The notes under the pieces were generated by a model. It did not search any database, was not told the origin of the DNA, and saw nothing but the letters and a program-made list of their open reading frames with translations. The position numbers and the translations under genes were made by a program. From the NCBI GenBank assembly GCA_934183155.1, contig CAKPSB010000007.1, positions 5,768-69,767 of the forward strand: a DNA stretch of 64,000 nt, given 5' to 3'. Position 1 is the first letter of the stretch, and each line of letters starts with the position of its first letter. Source of the stretch: an uncultured Bacilli bacterium. GTDB taxonomy: Bacteria; Bacillota_I; Bacilli_A; RF39; UBA660. Below, piece after piece: positions 8,560 to 18,555 of this stretch.

Positions 8560-10413
8560 ATGGAATATGAAATTATTGTTGTTGGTGGTGGTCATGCTGG
8601 GTGTGAAGCAGCTTTGGCTAGTGCTAGAATGGGTCATAAAACGTTACTTGTTACGGGAAATATTAATAATGTAGCTGATATGCCTTGTAATCCATCAATT
8701 GGAGGAAGTGCAAAAGGTATTGTTGTTCGTGAGATAGATGCTTTAGGTGGACAGATGGGAAAGAATGCTGATAGGAGCTTATTACAAATAAAAATGCTTA
8801 ATACAGCTAAAGGTCCTGCTGTTAGAGCATTGAGAGCACAGGCTGATAAAATAACTTATCCTAAAAATATGCTTGATACGCTTATTGAAACTAAAGATTT
8901 AGATATTAAAGAGGCATTAGTTAAGGATGTTATTACTGTTAATAATAAGGCTACTGGTATTTTACTTGAAAATGGTATTACGATTAAATCTAAGGCTGTT
9001 ATTTTAACGACAGGTACTTATATGAATGCAGATATTTTAGTTGGTAATACTCGTCATCGAGAAGGTCCGCATGGTGAAAAACCGTCTAATTATTTAAGTG
9101 ATAATTTGGCAAAAAAAGGTTTTAAAATTATTAGATTAAAAACAGGAACACCACCTAGAATTGAAAGAAGTAGTATTGATTTCAGTAAAACGAAAATTGA
9201 AAATGGGGATAATGTTTATAGAACTTTTTCTTTTGATGATAAACCTTGTTATGATATTGATAGTCAAGTTCCATGTCATTTAATTTATACTAATGAAAAT
9301 ACACATAAATTAATTTTAGACAATTTAAATAAGTCTAGTATGTATGGTGGTTTATCTGATATTAAAGGTGTTGGCCCTAGGTATTGTCCTTCTATTGAAG
9401 ATAAAGTTGTTAGATTTAAAGATAAAGATAGACATCAGTTATTTTTAGAGCCTGAAAGTTTATATTATGATGATATTTATTTGCAAGGATTTTCGACAAG
9501 TATGCCTCATGATATTCAAGAAAAAATGGTTCATAGTTTATCTGGTCTTGAGCATGCTAAAATATTGAGGTATGCTTATGCTATTGAATATGATGCAATT
9601 TATCCTACACAATTAAAATTTAATTTGGAAACTAAGTTAATTGAAAATTTGTTTACAGGTGGGCAAATTAATGGTACAAGTGGTTATGAAGAGGCTGCTT
9701 GCCAAGGTTTAATGGCGGGTATTAATGCGGCTTTGAAAATTGAAGGAAAAGAACCTTTTATTTTAAGAAGAGATGAGGCTTATATTGGTGTTTTAATTGA
9801 TGATTTGATTACTAAAGGCATTAGTGATCCTTATAGATTACTTACATCAAGAGCTGAGTATAGGTTGCTTTTGAGAAGTGATAATGCTGATTTGAGATTA
9901 CGTGAATATGGACATAAATTTGGATTAGTTAGTGATGATAAATATGATGAATTTTTGAAGAAAAAAGAAGATATTGATAATGCTATATTGGAATTTAAAA
10001 AAGTTAGAGTAACGCCTAAAGATAATGAATTATTAAATAGCATTGGAACTAAAAGTTTAAATTCTGGTATTTCTTTATATGATTTGCTCAAGAGACCGGA
10101 AATTGATGTGGAAAGTCTTATTAGATTTTTAAATAATGATTATTCTTTTGAGGTTTTAGAACAAGTTAGTATTACAGCTAAGTATGAAGGTTATATTAAA
10201 AAAGCAATGCATGAGGCTGAAAAATTAAAACATTTAGAAAGCAAAAAAATTCCTGTTGATATTGATTATGATTCAATGCATAATTTAGCTAGTGAAGCTA
10301 AGCAAAAGTTGAAAGAGGTAAAGCCTCTTACTTTAGGGCAGGCTATTAGAATTAGTGGTGTAAATCCTGCTGATATTTCTATTTTATCGATGTATTTGAA
10401 AAGGGGTAAATAA
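8560..10413 (+). CDS. mnmG: tRNA uridine 5-carboxymethylaminomethyl modification enzyme MnmG (GidA)
   Basis: MEYEIIVVGGGHAGCEAALASARMG FAD motif at the ATG at 8560. The track start at 8461 adds a non-homologous hydrophobic extension. Confidence 0.95.
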   Translation: MEYEIIVVGGGHAGCEAALASARMGHKTLLVTGNINNVADMPCNPSIGGSAKGIVVREIDALGGQMGKNADRSLLQIKMLNTAKGPAVRALRAQADKITYPKNMLDTLIETKDLDIKEALVKDVITVNNKATGILLENGITIKSKAVILTTGTYMNADILVGNTRHREGPHGEKPSNYLSDNLAKKGFKIIRLKTGTPPRIERSSIDFSKTKIENGDNVYRTFSFDDKPCYDIDSQVPCHLIYTNENTHKLILDNLNKSSMYGGLSDIKGVGPRYCPSIEDKVVRFKDKDRHQLFLEPESLYYDDIYLQGFSTSMPHDIQEKMVHSLSGLEHAKILRYAYAIEYDAIYPTQLKFNLETKLIENLFTGGQINGTSGYEEAACQGLMAGINAALKIEGKEPFILRRDEAYIGVLIDDLITKGISDPYRLLTSRAEYRLLLRSDNADLRLREYGHKFGLVSDDKYDEFLKKKEDIDNAILEFKKVRVTPKDNELLNSIGTKSLNSGISLYDLLKRPEIDVESLIRFLNNDYSFEVLEQVSITAKYEGYIKKAMHEAEKLKHLESKKIPVDIDYDSMHNLASEAKQKLKEVKPLTLGQAIRISGVNPADISILSMYLKRGK

Positions 10414-11111
10414 TGAATATTGATGAATTTAAGAATGAAATAAGTAAACTTGGTATTGAATATGATAATGATAAACTTTTAAAGTTAGAAAAATATTATG
10501 AACTTTTAATTGACTGGAATAATAAAATAAATTTGACGGCGATTGTAGACAAAGAACAGGTTTATTTGAAACATTTTTATGATAGTTTAACTTTGTTTAA
10601 AATAGTTGATTTAAATAAGGTTGATTCATTATGTGATTTAGGTACTGGTGCAGGTTTTCCTGGTATTGTAATTAAAATATTTTTTCCTAATATAAAAATT
10701 ACTTTAGTTGATGCATTAAATAAACGTATTAATTTTTTAAATGAGGTTGTTCAAAAATTAAATTTAAGTAATGTTACTTTAATTCATTCAAGAGCAGAAG
10801 ATTATGGTAGGGATCATAGAGAATGTTTTGATGTTGTAACGGCACGGGCATTATCTAGTTTACCAGTTTTACTTGAATATGGTGTTTCATTACTTAAAAT
10901 TAATGGTACGCTTTGTGCAATGAGAGGAAATGATGATAGTAGTGATAGTTTAAATGCTATTTCGCAACTTAATGTTTCTTTGGAAAAGGTTGTACATTTT
11001 CAATTACCATATGAGAAAAGTAATAGAACTTTGATTTTATTTAGAAAATTATCTAAAACGAATATTAAATATCCTAGAAGATTTATAGAAATAAAGAAGA
11101 AACCTCTTTAA
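10413..11111 (+). CDS. rsmG: 16S rRNA (guanine527-N7)-methyltransferase RsmG (GidB)
   Basis: NLTAI....V..KHF.DS and DLGTGAGFPGI SAM motif. Follows mnmG. Confidence 0.92.
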   Translation: MNIDEFKNEISKLGIEYDNDKLLKLEKYYELLIDWNNKINLTAIVDKEQVYLKHFYDSLTLFKIVDLNKVDSLCDLGTGAGFPGIVIKIFFPNIKITLVDALNKRINFLNEVVQKLNLSNVTLIHSRAEDYGRDHRECFDVVTARALSSLPVLLEYGVSLLKINGTLCAMRGNDDSSDSLNAISQLNVSLEKVVHFQLPYEKSNRTLILFRKLSKTNIKYPRRFIEIKKKPL

Positions 11112-11220
11112 TTGTTTGATTTTTGATTTGTAGAAGTGGCATTATATATGTCTCTTTTTTTATTGTTATATTGTTATTTGTAAATTGTTTTTTCCTTTAT
11201 AAATATTTCTTTTAAAATAG

Positions 11221-11249
11221 TTGAATTATTTTAAAAAAAATAGTATGAT
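11221..11249 (+). promoter_or_regulatory. Putative promoter of the parB-like gene
   Basis: TTGAAT 11221-11226, 17-nt spacer, TATGAT 11244-11249. Confidence 0.45.
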
Positions 11250-11280
11250 AAAATAAAAGAATAGAGGGGAGGGGTAGATT

Positions 11281-12963
11281 GTGCAAGAAAATGGAAAACT
11301 TACTGTTTTAAGCATGCAAGATATTTTGCCAAATAGATTTCAGCCAAGATTTAAATTTGATGAAGAAAAATTAGAAGAACTTGCTTTATCTATTAGTAAA
11401 TATGGTGTTATTCAACCAATTGTTGTAAGACCAGTTAGTAATAAATATGAAATTATTGCTGGTGAACGTAGGTTTAAAGCCAGTAAACTTGCAAATAGAT
11501 CTACTATTCCTGCTATTGTAATTAATTTATCTGATAAAGATAGTGAAGAGATTGCTTTACTTGAAAATGTACAAAGACAACAATTAAATCCAATTGAAGA
11601 AGCCGTTTCATATAAACGGATTTTAGACATGGGATATATTACGCAAGAAGAACTTGCTAAAAAAATTGGAACATCTCAATTGGCAATTGTGAATAAAATA
11701 AAACTTTTAAGTTTGAGTGATGAGGTTCAAAGTTATTTGTTAAATAATAAGATTTCTGAAAGGCATGCAAGAAGTTTACTTAGAGTTACTGATAAAGAAA
11801 TGCAAGTTCAATTGCTTTACCGAATTGTTAAAGAAAGACTTACCGTTAAACAAACAGATAAAGAAATTGCTAAAATTAAAGAAAATGAAAATAAATTTGA
11901 AATGTCAAAACAAAATATTAATTCTAATCAAGAGGTTAAAAAAATAGTTGAACCGATTGAAACAGAGTCAATTGAAAGTTTATTTGATGAAAGCGAAAAT
12001 TTAGAAAGGGGTAATCATATGGATATTGATAAGATTATGCGTGAGGCAAAAGATATAAATGTTCCAACGAAAGAAGAACCAAAAGATATTTCTAATCTTA
12101 TGGTATCAGGCGTGGATGTACAAAGTGAACCTATTGTTAGACAGGAATCTGCTTCGGCACCTCTTGAACCAGGAAAGTTTATTAATGTTCAACCTCAAGC
12201 ACAAGTTCAGGAAAAGCCAATAAGCCCAGTTCAAACTGACAGCGTAACTTTTGATAGTGTATTTAATCAGGGGTTAATGGATACTCCAAATAAAACTGTT
12301 TCTCAGCCTATAAACGATTCGCAAAATAATGTTAATTCTCAAACTTTTGTGAAGCCTCAAGCTTCTATTAATTCGTCAGCTTCTTCTGATTTAAGTTCAA
12401 AGGCCGAACCTCAACATAATACTTTTATAAATAGTAATTTGCAAAATAATTCATCAGTTTCTGATTCAGTTGTACAAGCAGGGCCAAGTGTTCCTAATGT
12501 TTCAGATTCAGTGGAAATTTCAGATGATACAAAAAATAAAATATCAAATGCTGTTGCTATGGCGTTGAAAGGATATAATAGTAGAAAATCTGGTATTGGA
12601 CAAGCTTCTACTGCAGCTGATAAATCTGTTCAGAGTAATGTTTCAAGTAATTTTAATGCGCAGCCTCAAGGTGTACCAGCAAAGCCAGTAATGCCTCAAA
12701 CTAATAATATACCAGATGTCGATATTATTTCAGATAATAATATTAATGATTATATTGCTCCAACACCTACTGGTGATAGTACAATAGCGGCTTCAATGAG
12801 TCAAAGCATAAAGCCTGTTAATAATCATGCCCATTTTGCTCAAATTGTTAAAATGCTTAGAGATTGTGCAGACAAAATTGAACAAGAAGGATATTTTGTT
12901 AATGTTGATGAAATGGATTTAAATGATAAATATAAGGTAATATTTACGATAAATAAAGAATAA
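11281..12963 (+). CDS. ParB/Noc/Spo0J-family protein with a very long low-complexity C-terminal extension
   Basis: The N-terminal ~200 aa carry ParB motifs (ILPNRFQPRFKFDEE, YEIIAGERRFKAS, LENVQRQQLNPIEEA, HTH, ISERHARSLL). About 300 aa rich in Q/S/N/P/V follow, then a ~45-aa structured-looking tail. GTG start after a GGGGAGGGG RBS. Confidence 0.85.
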   Translation: MQENGKLTVLSMQDILPNRFQPRFKFDEEKLEELALSISKYGVIQPIVVRPVSNKYEIIAGERRFKASKLANRSTIPAIVINLSDKDSEEIALLENVQRQQLNPIEEAVSYKRILDMGYITQEELAKKIGTSQLAIVNKIKLLSLSDEVQSYLLNNKISERHARSLLRVTDKEMQVQLLYRIVKERLTVKQTDKEIAKIKENENKFEMSKQNINSNQEVKKIVEPIETESIESLFDESENLERGNHMDIDKIMREAKDINVPTKEEPKDISNLMVSGVDVQSEPIVRQESASAPLEPGKFINVQPQAQVQEKPISPVQTDSVTFDSVFNQGLMDTPNKTVSQPINDSQNNVNSQTFVKPQASINSSASSDLSSKAEPQHNTFINSNLQNNSSVSDSVVQAGPSVPNVSDSVEISDDTKNKISNAVAMALKGYNSRKSGIGQASTAADKSVQSNVSSNFNAQPQGVPAKPVMPQTNNIPDVDIISDNNINDYIAPTPTGDSTIAASMSQSIKPVNNHAHFAQIVKMLRDCADKIEQEGYFVNVDEMDLNDKYKVIFTINKE

Positions 12964-12981
12964 TTTTGTTCTTTATTTTTT
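12952..12981 (+). terminator. Weak AT-rich intrinsic terminator after the parB-like gene
   Basis: AATAAAGAA (12952-12960) pairs with TTCTTTATT (12969-12977), followed by TTTT. Confidence 0.4.
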
Positions 12982-13034
12982 GACTTTTTACTAAATATAA
13001 TGTAAAATTAGGTGAATTATTGAGGTGATTATAA

Positions 13035-13895
13035 ATGATTGAATTTACTAAAATGGAAGGTATTGGTAATGATTATATATATGTTGATGTTCAAAAAAAT
13101 AGGATAGATAATCCAAGTGAAATTGTAAAAAAGTTAAGTGATAGACATTTTGGAATTGGTTCGGATGGGCTTATTTTGATTGATAAAAGTGATAAGGCCG
13201 ATTTTAAAATGAGTATTTATAATACTGATGGCAGTGAAGCTGAGATGTGTGGTAATGGAATTCGCTGTGTTGGTAAATTTGTTTACGATAAGGGGTTGAC
13301 TGATAAAACTGTTTTTACGGTTGAGACTTTAGCGGGAATTAAAACTTTGAATTTAACGCTTAAAAATGGTAAAGTTAGTTTGGTTAAAGTAGATATGGGT
13401 GAACCTATATTGGAAAGTGGTTTGATACCGGCAATTAATACATTTAATGCTGTGTCTAAAGATGGGTTTAAATATTCTAAAGTAAATTTAAATTTTTTAG
13501 ATGTTAAAACTGATTTTACTTGTGTTTCAATGGGTAATCCGCATGCGATTTGTTTTATTAAAGATATTTCTAATTTAGATATTTCATTGGGTACTTTGAT
13601 TGAAAATAATAATCATTTTCCTAATAGAACAAATGTTGAATTTATTGAAGTTATTAATTCTAATGAAATTAAGATGCGTGTTTGGGAACGAGGTGTTGGC
13701 GAGACTTTAGCTTGTGGTACTGGTGCTTGTGCTTCGGCTGTTGCTAGTATTTTAAATGGTTATACTAATAGATGTGTTCAAGTTGATTTACTTGGTGGTA
13801 ATCTTTATATTGAATGGGGATTAGATAATCATGTTTATTTAACTGGGCCAGCTAAAATTGTATTTGATGGAGAAATTGACATTAATTCTTTATAA
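13035..13895 (+). CDS. dapF: Diaminopimelate epimerase
   Basis: [15 protein letters not shown], catalytic CGNGIRC, and a second Cys in [11 protein letters not shown]. Confidence 0.92.
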   Translation: MIEFTKMEGIGNDYIYVDVQKNRIDNPSEIVKKLSDRHFGIGSDGLILIDKSDKADFKMSIYNTDGSEAEMCGNGIRCVGKFVYDKGLTDKTVFTVETLAGIKTLNLTLKNGKVSLVKVDMGEPILESGLIPAINTFNAVSKDGFKYSKVNLNFLDVKTDFTCVSMGNPHAICFIKDISNLDISLGTLIENNNHFPNRTNVEFIEVINSNEIKMRVWERGVGETLACGTGACASAVASILNGYTNRCVQVDLLGGNLYIEWGLDNHVYLTGPAKIVFDGEIDINSL

Positions 13896-13961
13896 TGTCT
13901 TTTTTTATGTAAAGTTTAGATTTTAATTCTTGACTTATGGTATGGTTTTGGTAGTAGAATA

Positions 13962-14498
13962 TTGTATGGAATAGTGGTGATTATTTTGAAAAGTTTAGTT
14001 ATTTATTTTTCACGAAGTGGTGAAAATTATGTTGATGGTAAGATTAAGAATATTGATAAAGGAAATACAGAAATTGTTGCTGAAAAGATTAGTGAAATAA
14101 CTGGGGCTTCATTATTTAAAGTTAATCCTGTAAAAGATTATCCTTTTGATTATAGGGAGTGTTGTAAAGTTGCTAATCTTGAATTTAATAATAATGAAAG
14201 ACCTTTGATTAAAGAAAAAATTGATATTAATGGTTATGATGTTATATACATTGGTGGTCCTATTTGGTGTGGGCATTATCCTATGTGTTTATTTACGGCT
14301 TTAGAAAATCTTGATTTTAAAGGAAAAATAGTGAATCCGTTTGTTACGCATGAAGGCTCTTTGTTTGCTAATACGAAAGAAGATATTGAATATTTATGTC
14401 CTGGAGCTATTATTAATGGACGTTTAGCTATTATTGGAAGTAAGGTGCTTGATTGTGATAAGATTATAGAAATGTGGTGTGAAGATGTATTTAGATAA
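13962..14498 (+). CDS. Flavodoxin-like protein
   Basis: VIYFSRSGENY N-terminal flavodoxin-type motif. The real start may be the TTG at 13986 after GGTGA. The 3' end overlaps dxs by 20 nt. Confidence 0.55.
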   Translation: MYGIVVIILKSLVIYFSRSGENYVDGKIKNIDKGNTEIVAEKISEITGASLFKVNPVKDYPFDYRECCKVANLEFNNNERPLIKEKIDINGYDVIYIGGPIWCGHYPMCLFTALENLDFKGKIVNPFVTHEGSLFANTKEDIEYLCPGAIINGRLAIIGSKVLDCDKIIEMWCEDVFR

Positions 14499-16230
14499 AA
14501 TTAATGACGTAAAAGATGTTAAAAAAATTGATTTGGATAAATTATCTATTTTATCTGATGAAGTAAGGCAAGCTATTATAAATAGAGTTAGTAAGATTGG
14601 AGGACATATAGGTCCTAATTTAGGCGTTGTTGAATTAACTGTAGCATTACATTATGTATTTAATTCGCCTTTTGATAAAATTGTTTTTGACGTTTCACAT
14701 CAATGTTATGCTCATAAAATTTTAACTGGTAGAAAAGAAGCTTTTTTAGATGATAATCATTTTAATGATGTAACTGGTTTTACTAATCCAGAAGAAAGCA
14801 AACATGATATATTTAAAATAGGTCATACATCTACTTCAATTTCTTTAGCTTTAGGTTTGGCTTTAGAAAGAGATTTAAAAAAGACAAATGAAAATGTTAT
14901 TGCGGTTATTGGTGATGGGTCTTTAACTGGTGGTGAGGCTTTAGAGGCTCTTAATTATGCTGGTGAATATAAAGGAAATTTGATTATTATTGTTAATGAT
15001 AATAATCAAAGTATTGCAGAAAATCATGGGGGTATTTACAAAAATTTAAAATTACTTAGAGAAAATAATGGAAAATGTGATAATAATTTTTTTGAAAGTT
15101 GTGGGTTTGAATATCATTATTTAGATGATGGAAATGATGTTTTAAAACTTGTTAAGTTATTTAAGAGTATTAAAAATGTTGATTATCCAGTTGTTTTGCA
15201 TATTCATACAATTAAAGGCAAGGGTTTAAAATTTGCTCAGGAGAAAAAAGAAATTTATCATTCTGGTGGTCCTTTTGATGTTGTTAGTGGGAAATATAAA
15301 TTTTTACCTAAGCAAGATGATACTGTTTTTGATAGCTTGAAAAATTTACTTGATAGTGATGATAGAGCTATAGTAGTTAATGCGGCTACACCAATGGTAC
15401 TTGGTTTTACTTGTGATAAAAGAAAAAAATATGTTGAAAGTGGGCAGTTTGTTGATGTTGGTATTGCTGAGGAAAATGCTGTTGCTATGGCTGGTGGAAT
15501 TGCTAGGGAAGGAGGAACGGCTGTTTTTGGAACGACAACTACTTTTATGCAAAGAGTTTATGATCAAGTTTCTCATGATGTTTGTTTAAATAATTTACCA
15601 GTAACTTTTCTTTTGTTAAGAGGAGGAGTTTATGGAATGAATTCGGATACTCATTTGGGTTTGTGTGATATTCAGCTTTTTGCTCATATTCCTAATTTGA
15701 TTTATGTGTCACCATCTACTAGAGGTGAGTATATAAATGCTTTGAAGTTTGCGACAAGTCAAAAAAATCATCCGGTAGGTATAAGAGTGCCTGCTAAATT
15801 TAGTGATATTAAAGATGATAAGTTTAGTCTTAGTAATAAGGTATTGTTAAAAGGCGAAGGTGTAGCTATATTTGGGGTTGGCAAAATGATTGATATGGCA
15901 ATGGCCGTTGCGACTAGATTAAAAATAGATAATATTAGTGTTACAGTTATTAATCCACTTGTTTTGTCTAATTTAGATACACCTTTACTTAATGAGCTTA
16001 AGTTAAAACATAAATTAGTTATTACTTTAGAAGATGGGGAATTATTTGGCGGTTATGGAACAAATATTGCTTCTTTTTACGGTAATGATAATATGAAAGT
16101 TTTAAATTTTGGTATTTCTAAAAAATTTCATACTGACTTTGATCCTGATGAATTGTTAGAAGAGTGTGGAATGTCTGTTTCAAATATTTGTAATGTAATT
16201 TATAAATTTTTAAATTCTAAATCTGATTGA
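14479..16230 (+). CDS. dxs: 1-deoxy-D-xylulose-5-phosphate synthase-like (transketolase family)
   Basis: DVSHQCYAHKILTGR, IGHTSTSISLALGLA, GDGSLTGGEALEALN, VNDNNQSIAEN. These DXS motifs appear in canonical order. Confidence 0.8.
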   Translation: MKMYLDKINDVKDVKKIDLDKLSILSDEVRQAIINRVSKIGGHIGPNLGVVELTVALHYVFNSPFDKIVFDVSHQCYAHKILTGRKEAFLDDNHFNDVTGFTNPEESKHDIFKIGHTSTSISLALGLALERDLKKTNENVIAVIGDGSLTGGEALEALNYAGEYKGNLIIIVNDNNQSIAENHGGIYKNLKLLRENNGKCDNNFFESCGFEYHYLDDGNDVLKLVKLFKSIKNVDYPVVLHIHTIKGKGLKFAQEKKEIYHSGGPFDVVSGKYKFLPKQDDTVFDSLKNLLDSDDRAIVVNAATPMVLGFTCDKRKKYVESGQFVDVGIAEENAVAMAGGIAREGGTAVFGTTTTFMQRVYDQVSHDVCLNNLPVTFLLLRGGVYGMNSDTHLGLCDIQLFAHIPNLIYVSPSTRGEYINALKFATSQKNHPVGIRVPAKFSDIKDDKFSLSNKVLLKGEGVAIFGVGKMIDMAMAVATRLKIDNISVTVINPLVLSNLDTPLLNELKLKHKLVITLEDGELFGGYGTNIASFYGNDNMKVLNFGISKKFHTDFDPDELLEECGMSVSNICNVIYKFLNSKSD

Positions 16231-16380
16231 TTTTAATTTACGTTTCGTTTACAGCTTAGTTTAATTTCAAATTATTTTTTTAAAATATTACCTTATACTT
16301 ACGCAAAAGCATACTTTAATTCTAATTGCTTTTACTTATTAAATTTATTATTTATTTAAATTTTATTATAATTAGATAAT

Positions 16381-16408
16381 TTGACAAAAATATTAATTTG
16401 TTTATAAT
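16381..16408 (+). promoter_or_regulatory. Promoter of the orphan gene 16437-16889
   Basis: TTGACA 16381-16386, 16-nt spacer, TATAAT 16403-16408. GGGGGA RBS before the ATG. Confidence 0.6.
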
Positions 16409-16436
16409 ATATCACTGTTTTAAGGGGGAATATTAA

Positions 16437-16889
16437 ATGTTTAAACTTATTAATAAAGCTGGTGTTGGTGTATTTGATTTAGAAAATAAAATTGCGGATG
16501 TTGCTGTTGATTATTGGGTTGATGCTATTAATAAAGCTGGTGATTTAAATAATTCTGATTTTTTACAGATAGCGGATGTTTTATCAAATGAACATATTAC
16601 TTTATCTGACAAGTCTCTTTTGAAATTTAAGTGTTTTATGAAAAAAAATATTATTTCAAAATTTCCTAAAAAAAATGATTATATGATGATTTGGACTGGT
16701 GACGGTAGAGAAATGAATGATGGAACAAGATTGATTGGTGATTTTGGTATTATTAATTGTTCTAAAAAAGCGAACATTCCTTTAGAGTCATTACCTAAGG
16801 ATATTTGTATGTGGATAAGACCTGATAGTGTTTCAGTAGAAAACTGTTTTCAATTTGATGAAATATATAGAAAAAGTAAAATTAAATAA
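16437..16889 (+). CDS. Hypothetical protein (no recognisable family)
   Basis: 150-aa ORF with its own consensus promoter, RBS and terminator. No motif recognised. Confidence 0.6.
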   Translation: MFKLINKAGVGVFDLENKIADVAVDYWVDAINKAGDLNNSDFLQIADVLSNEHITLSDKSLLKFKCFMKKNIISKFPKKNDYMMIWTGDGREMNDGTRLIGDFGIINCSKKANIPLESLPKDICMWIRPDSVSVENCFQFDEIYRKSKIK

Positions 16890-16895
16890 GTTTGT

Positions 16896-16925
16896 ATGAC
16901 TATCCATTGGATAGTCATTTTTAAT
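16896..16925 (+). terminator. Intrinsic terminator
   Basis: ATGACTATCCA / TGGATAGTCAT perfect 11-bp stem (16896-16918), followed by TTTTTAAT. Confidence 0.75.
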
Positions 16926-17017
16926 ATTGTATATTAATGTTAATATGTAATAAATTGGTTATAATATTATTTGAAGATTTTAATTATGATGATTGAAATT
17001 ATAATATTGAGGTTATT

Positions 17018-17330
17018 ATGTTTAAATTATAATCAAAATATAAGCCTGTGGAGATCAACTGCGAGCAATTAAAAAATTGTCTGATGGAATTAAGAAATAT
17101 AAAAAATAATAAGATTTATAGGGTATATGCTTTTTTCAATACTGAAGTGTTACACGTTAAAGTTAAATTAGCACGATATAAATTTGTGGAAGAAGTATAA
17201 TAATGATGGTATAATTTATTTTGTAGGTCATCTTTATAACTAATTTATGTAAATGAAGTTGATGGAATATCAAAAGATTATATAGAAGATGATGAAAAAG
17301 CGACTTATTTTGAAGTGGTTGATAGTGCAT
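17018..17330 (+). pseudogene. Heavily decayed remnant of a uvrB 5' region
   Basis: ATGTTTAAATTATAATCAAAATATAAGCCT-GTGGAGATCAAC.. aligns with the intact uvrB start ATGTTTAATTTAATGTCAAAATATATACCTAGTGGTGATCAAC.. It has a 1-nt deletion and a TAA at codon 5. The shifted frame reads GDQLRAIKKLSDGIKK (UvrB GDQP.AI..L..GI..G). The upstream TGAGGTTATT resembles the uvrB RBS region. Later colinear anchors are TATTTTGT (17217) and Y-I-E-D-D (17279). The extent beyond ~17100 is uncertain. Confidence 0.5.
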
Positions 17331-17432
17331 GATGTACAAAAGATAAAGTGTGCTAGAGATAAGTTTATAAATACAGTAATGAACACTGAATTTTAAGGTA
17401 AAAAGAAATATTTTTATGGAGTTGATAAATAT

Positions 17433-17951
17433 ATGAATAATAATGAAGTTTTAGCAAGAAATTATTCTGAAGGAAGTGTTGAATTATATAATTGTTTATT
17501 AGAACTATGGAAAAATGATTTTGAAACAATTGGATGCTGTATAGGACATAATGGCAATACTCAATATATAGGATTAAATAGAAATAATAATGATAAACTT
17601 ATAAAGTTTTTATCTTTGATTAATAAGGATGATATTGTTATTTCTTTTCTTAATAATCATATTAGTATTAAGAAGAATAAAAACAAAGATATATATAATA
17701 GTGTATTAAATTCTATAAAAAAACTAAATGAAAATGATATTGCTTCCAAGGATAAAGAAATAGAAGACGTAATTAATTTTATTGATAATAATAATTACAA
17801 ATATGCTAATATTCGCTATTATTATTATAAAGGTACATTAAAAAAATATATTAATACAAGTGATTTAGATTTAATAAATATTCTAAAAGGAAAATATAAG
17901 TATAAAGTATTAAATGAAAAATTGCCAATGTATCATTTTATAATAGATTAG
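17433..17951 (+). CDS. Hypothetical protein (no recognisable family)
   Basis: 172-aa Asn/Lys-rich ORF with a GGAG RBS, located between two uvrB 5' fragments. Confidence 0.5.
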   Translation: MNNNEVLARNYSEGSVELYNCLLELWKNDFETIGCCIGHNGNTQYIGLNRNNNDKLIKFLSLINKDDIVISFLNNHISIKKNKNKDIYNSVLNSIKKLNENDIASKDKEIEDVINFIDNNNYKYANIRYYYYKGTLKKYINTSDLDLINILKGKYKYKVLNEKLPMYHFIID

Positions 17952-18078
17952 TGGTAAATTTATGAATTCAAAAGAAAATTATAATTGTAGATTTATACCA
18001 AAAAGTGATTTTAATTTATAGTTATATTTTTAAAAATCTTAAAAAAATAACAAAAAGTTATAAAGGAGGGAGGAAAAA

Positions 18079-18387
18079 ATGTTCAAAATTCACTCAAAAT
18101 ATATGCCTAGTGGTGATCAACCGGAGGCAATAAATTCATTAGTTAAAGGAATTAAAAATGGTGAGAAGTATCAAGTTTTACTTGGAGCAACGGGGACTGG
18201 AAAAACTTTTACAATTGCAAACGTAATTGAAAAAGTGAATAAACCAACATTGCTACTTGCACATAATAAAACTTTAGCTGGGCAACTTTATGCAGAGCTT
18301 AAAGAGTTGTTTCCAGAGAATCATGTATGCTATTTTGTTTCTTATTATAGGAACGCCTCTAAAACTGCTTTATTTAATACCTTTTAG
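18079..18387 (+). pseudogene. Truncated duplicate of the uvrB 5' end (codons 1-90, then 12 unrelated codons and a stop)
   Basis: 18079-18348 aligns without gaps to uvrB 21297-21566 (about 90% identity by hand count, last ~70 nt identical). The translation carries the UvrB N-terminus with Walker [10 protein letters not shown]. Homology stops abruptly after ..VSYY. Confidence 0.9.
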
Positions 18388-18491
18388 TTTTATTTAACCC
18401 CTTAAAAATATCATAAAAAGCCTAAATAAGACTAGTTAATAAAATGTAATTTTGTGGCTGAAATTTGTATCCATTCGTGTCCACTAAAAAA
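18383..18491 (+). repeat. Left copy of the imperfect direct repeat flanking the cassette
   Basis: TTTAGTTTTATTTA (18383-18396), a ~54-nt insert, then TTTGTGGCTGAAATTTGTATCCATTCGTGTCCACTAAAAAA (18451-18491). Compare 21148-21208. Confidence 0.7.
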
Positions 18492-18555
18492 TTAATAAAT
18501 ATCAAGATAATATAATTTATAAATTAATGTTTTTAGATAAAAAGTCATATTTTAA

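Noticed and set aside
17084-17200. 38-aa ORF MELRNIKNNKIYRVYAFFNTEVLHVKVKLARYKFVEEV, which briefly looked like a HigB/Gp49-type toxin fragment (IYRV.YFF)
   Set aside because: The nucleotide sequence is colinear with the decayed uvrB 5' remnant (..GEKYQVLLG.. region), so the resemblance is most likely accidental. It has no RBS and no antitoxin partner.
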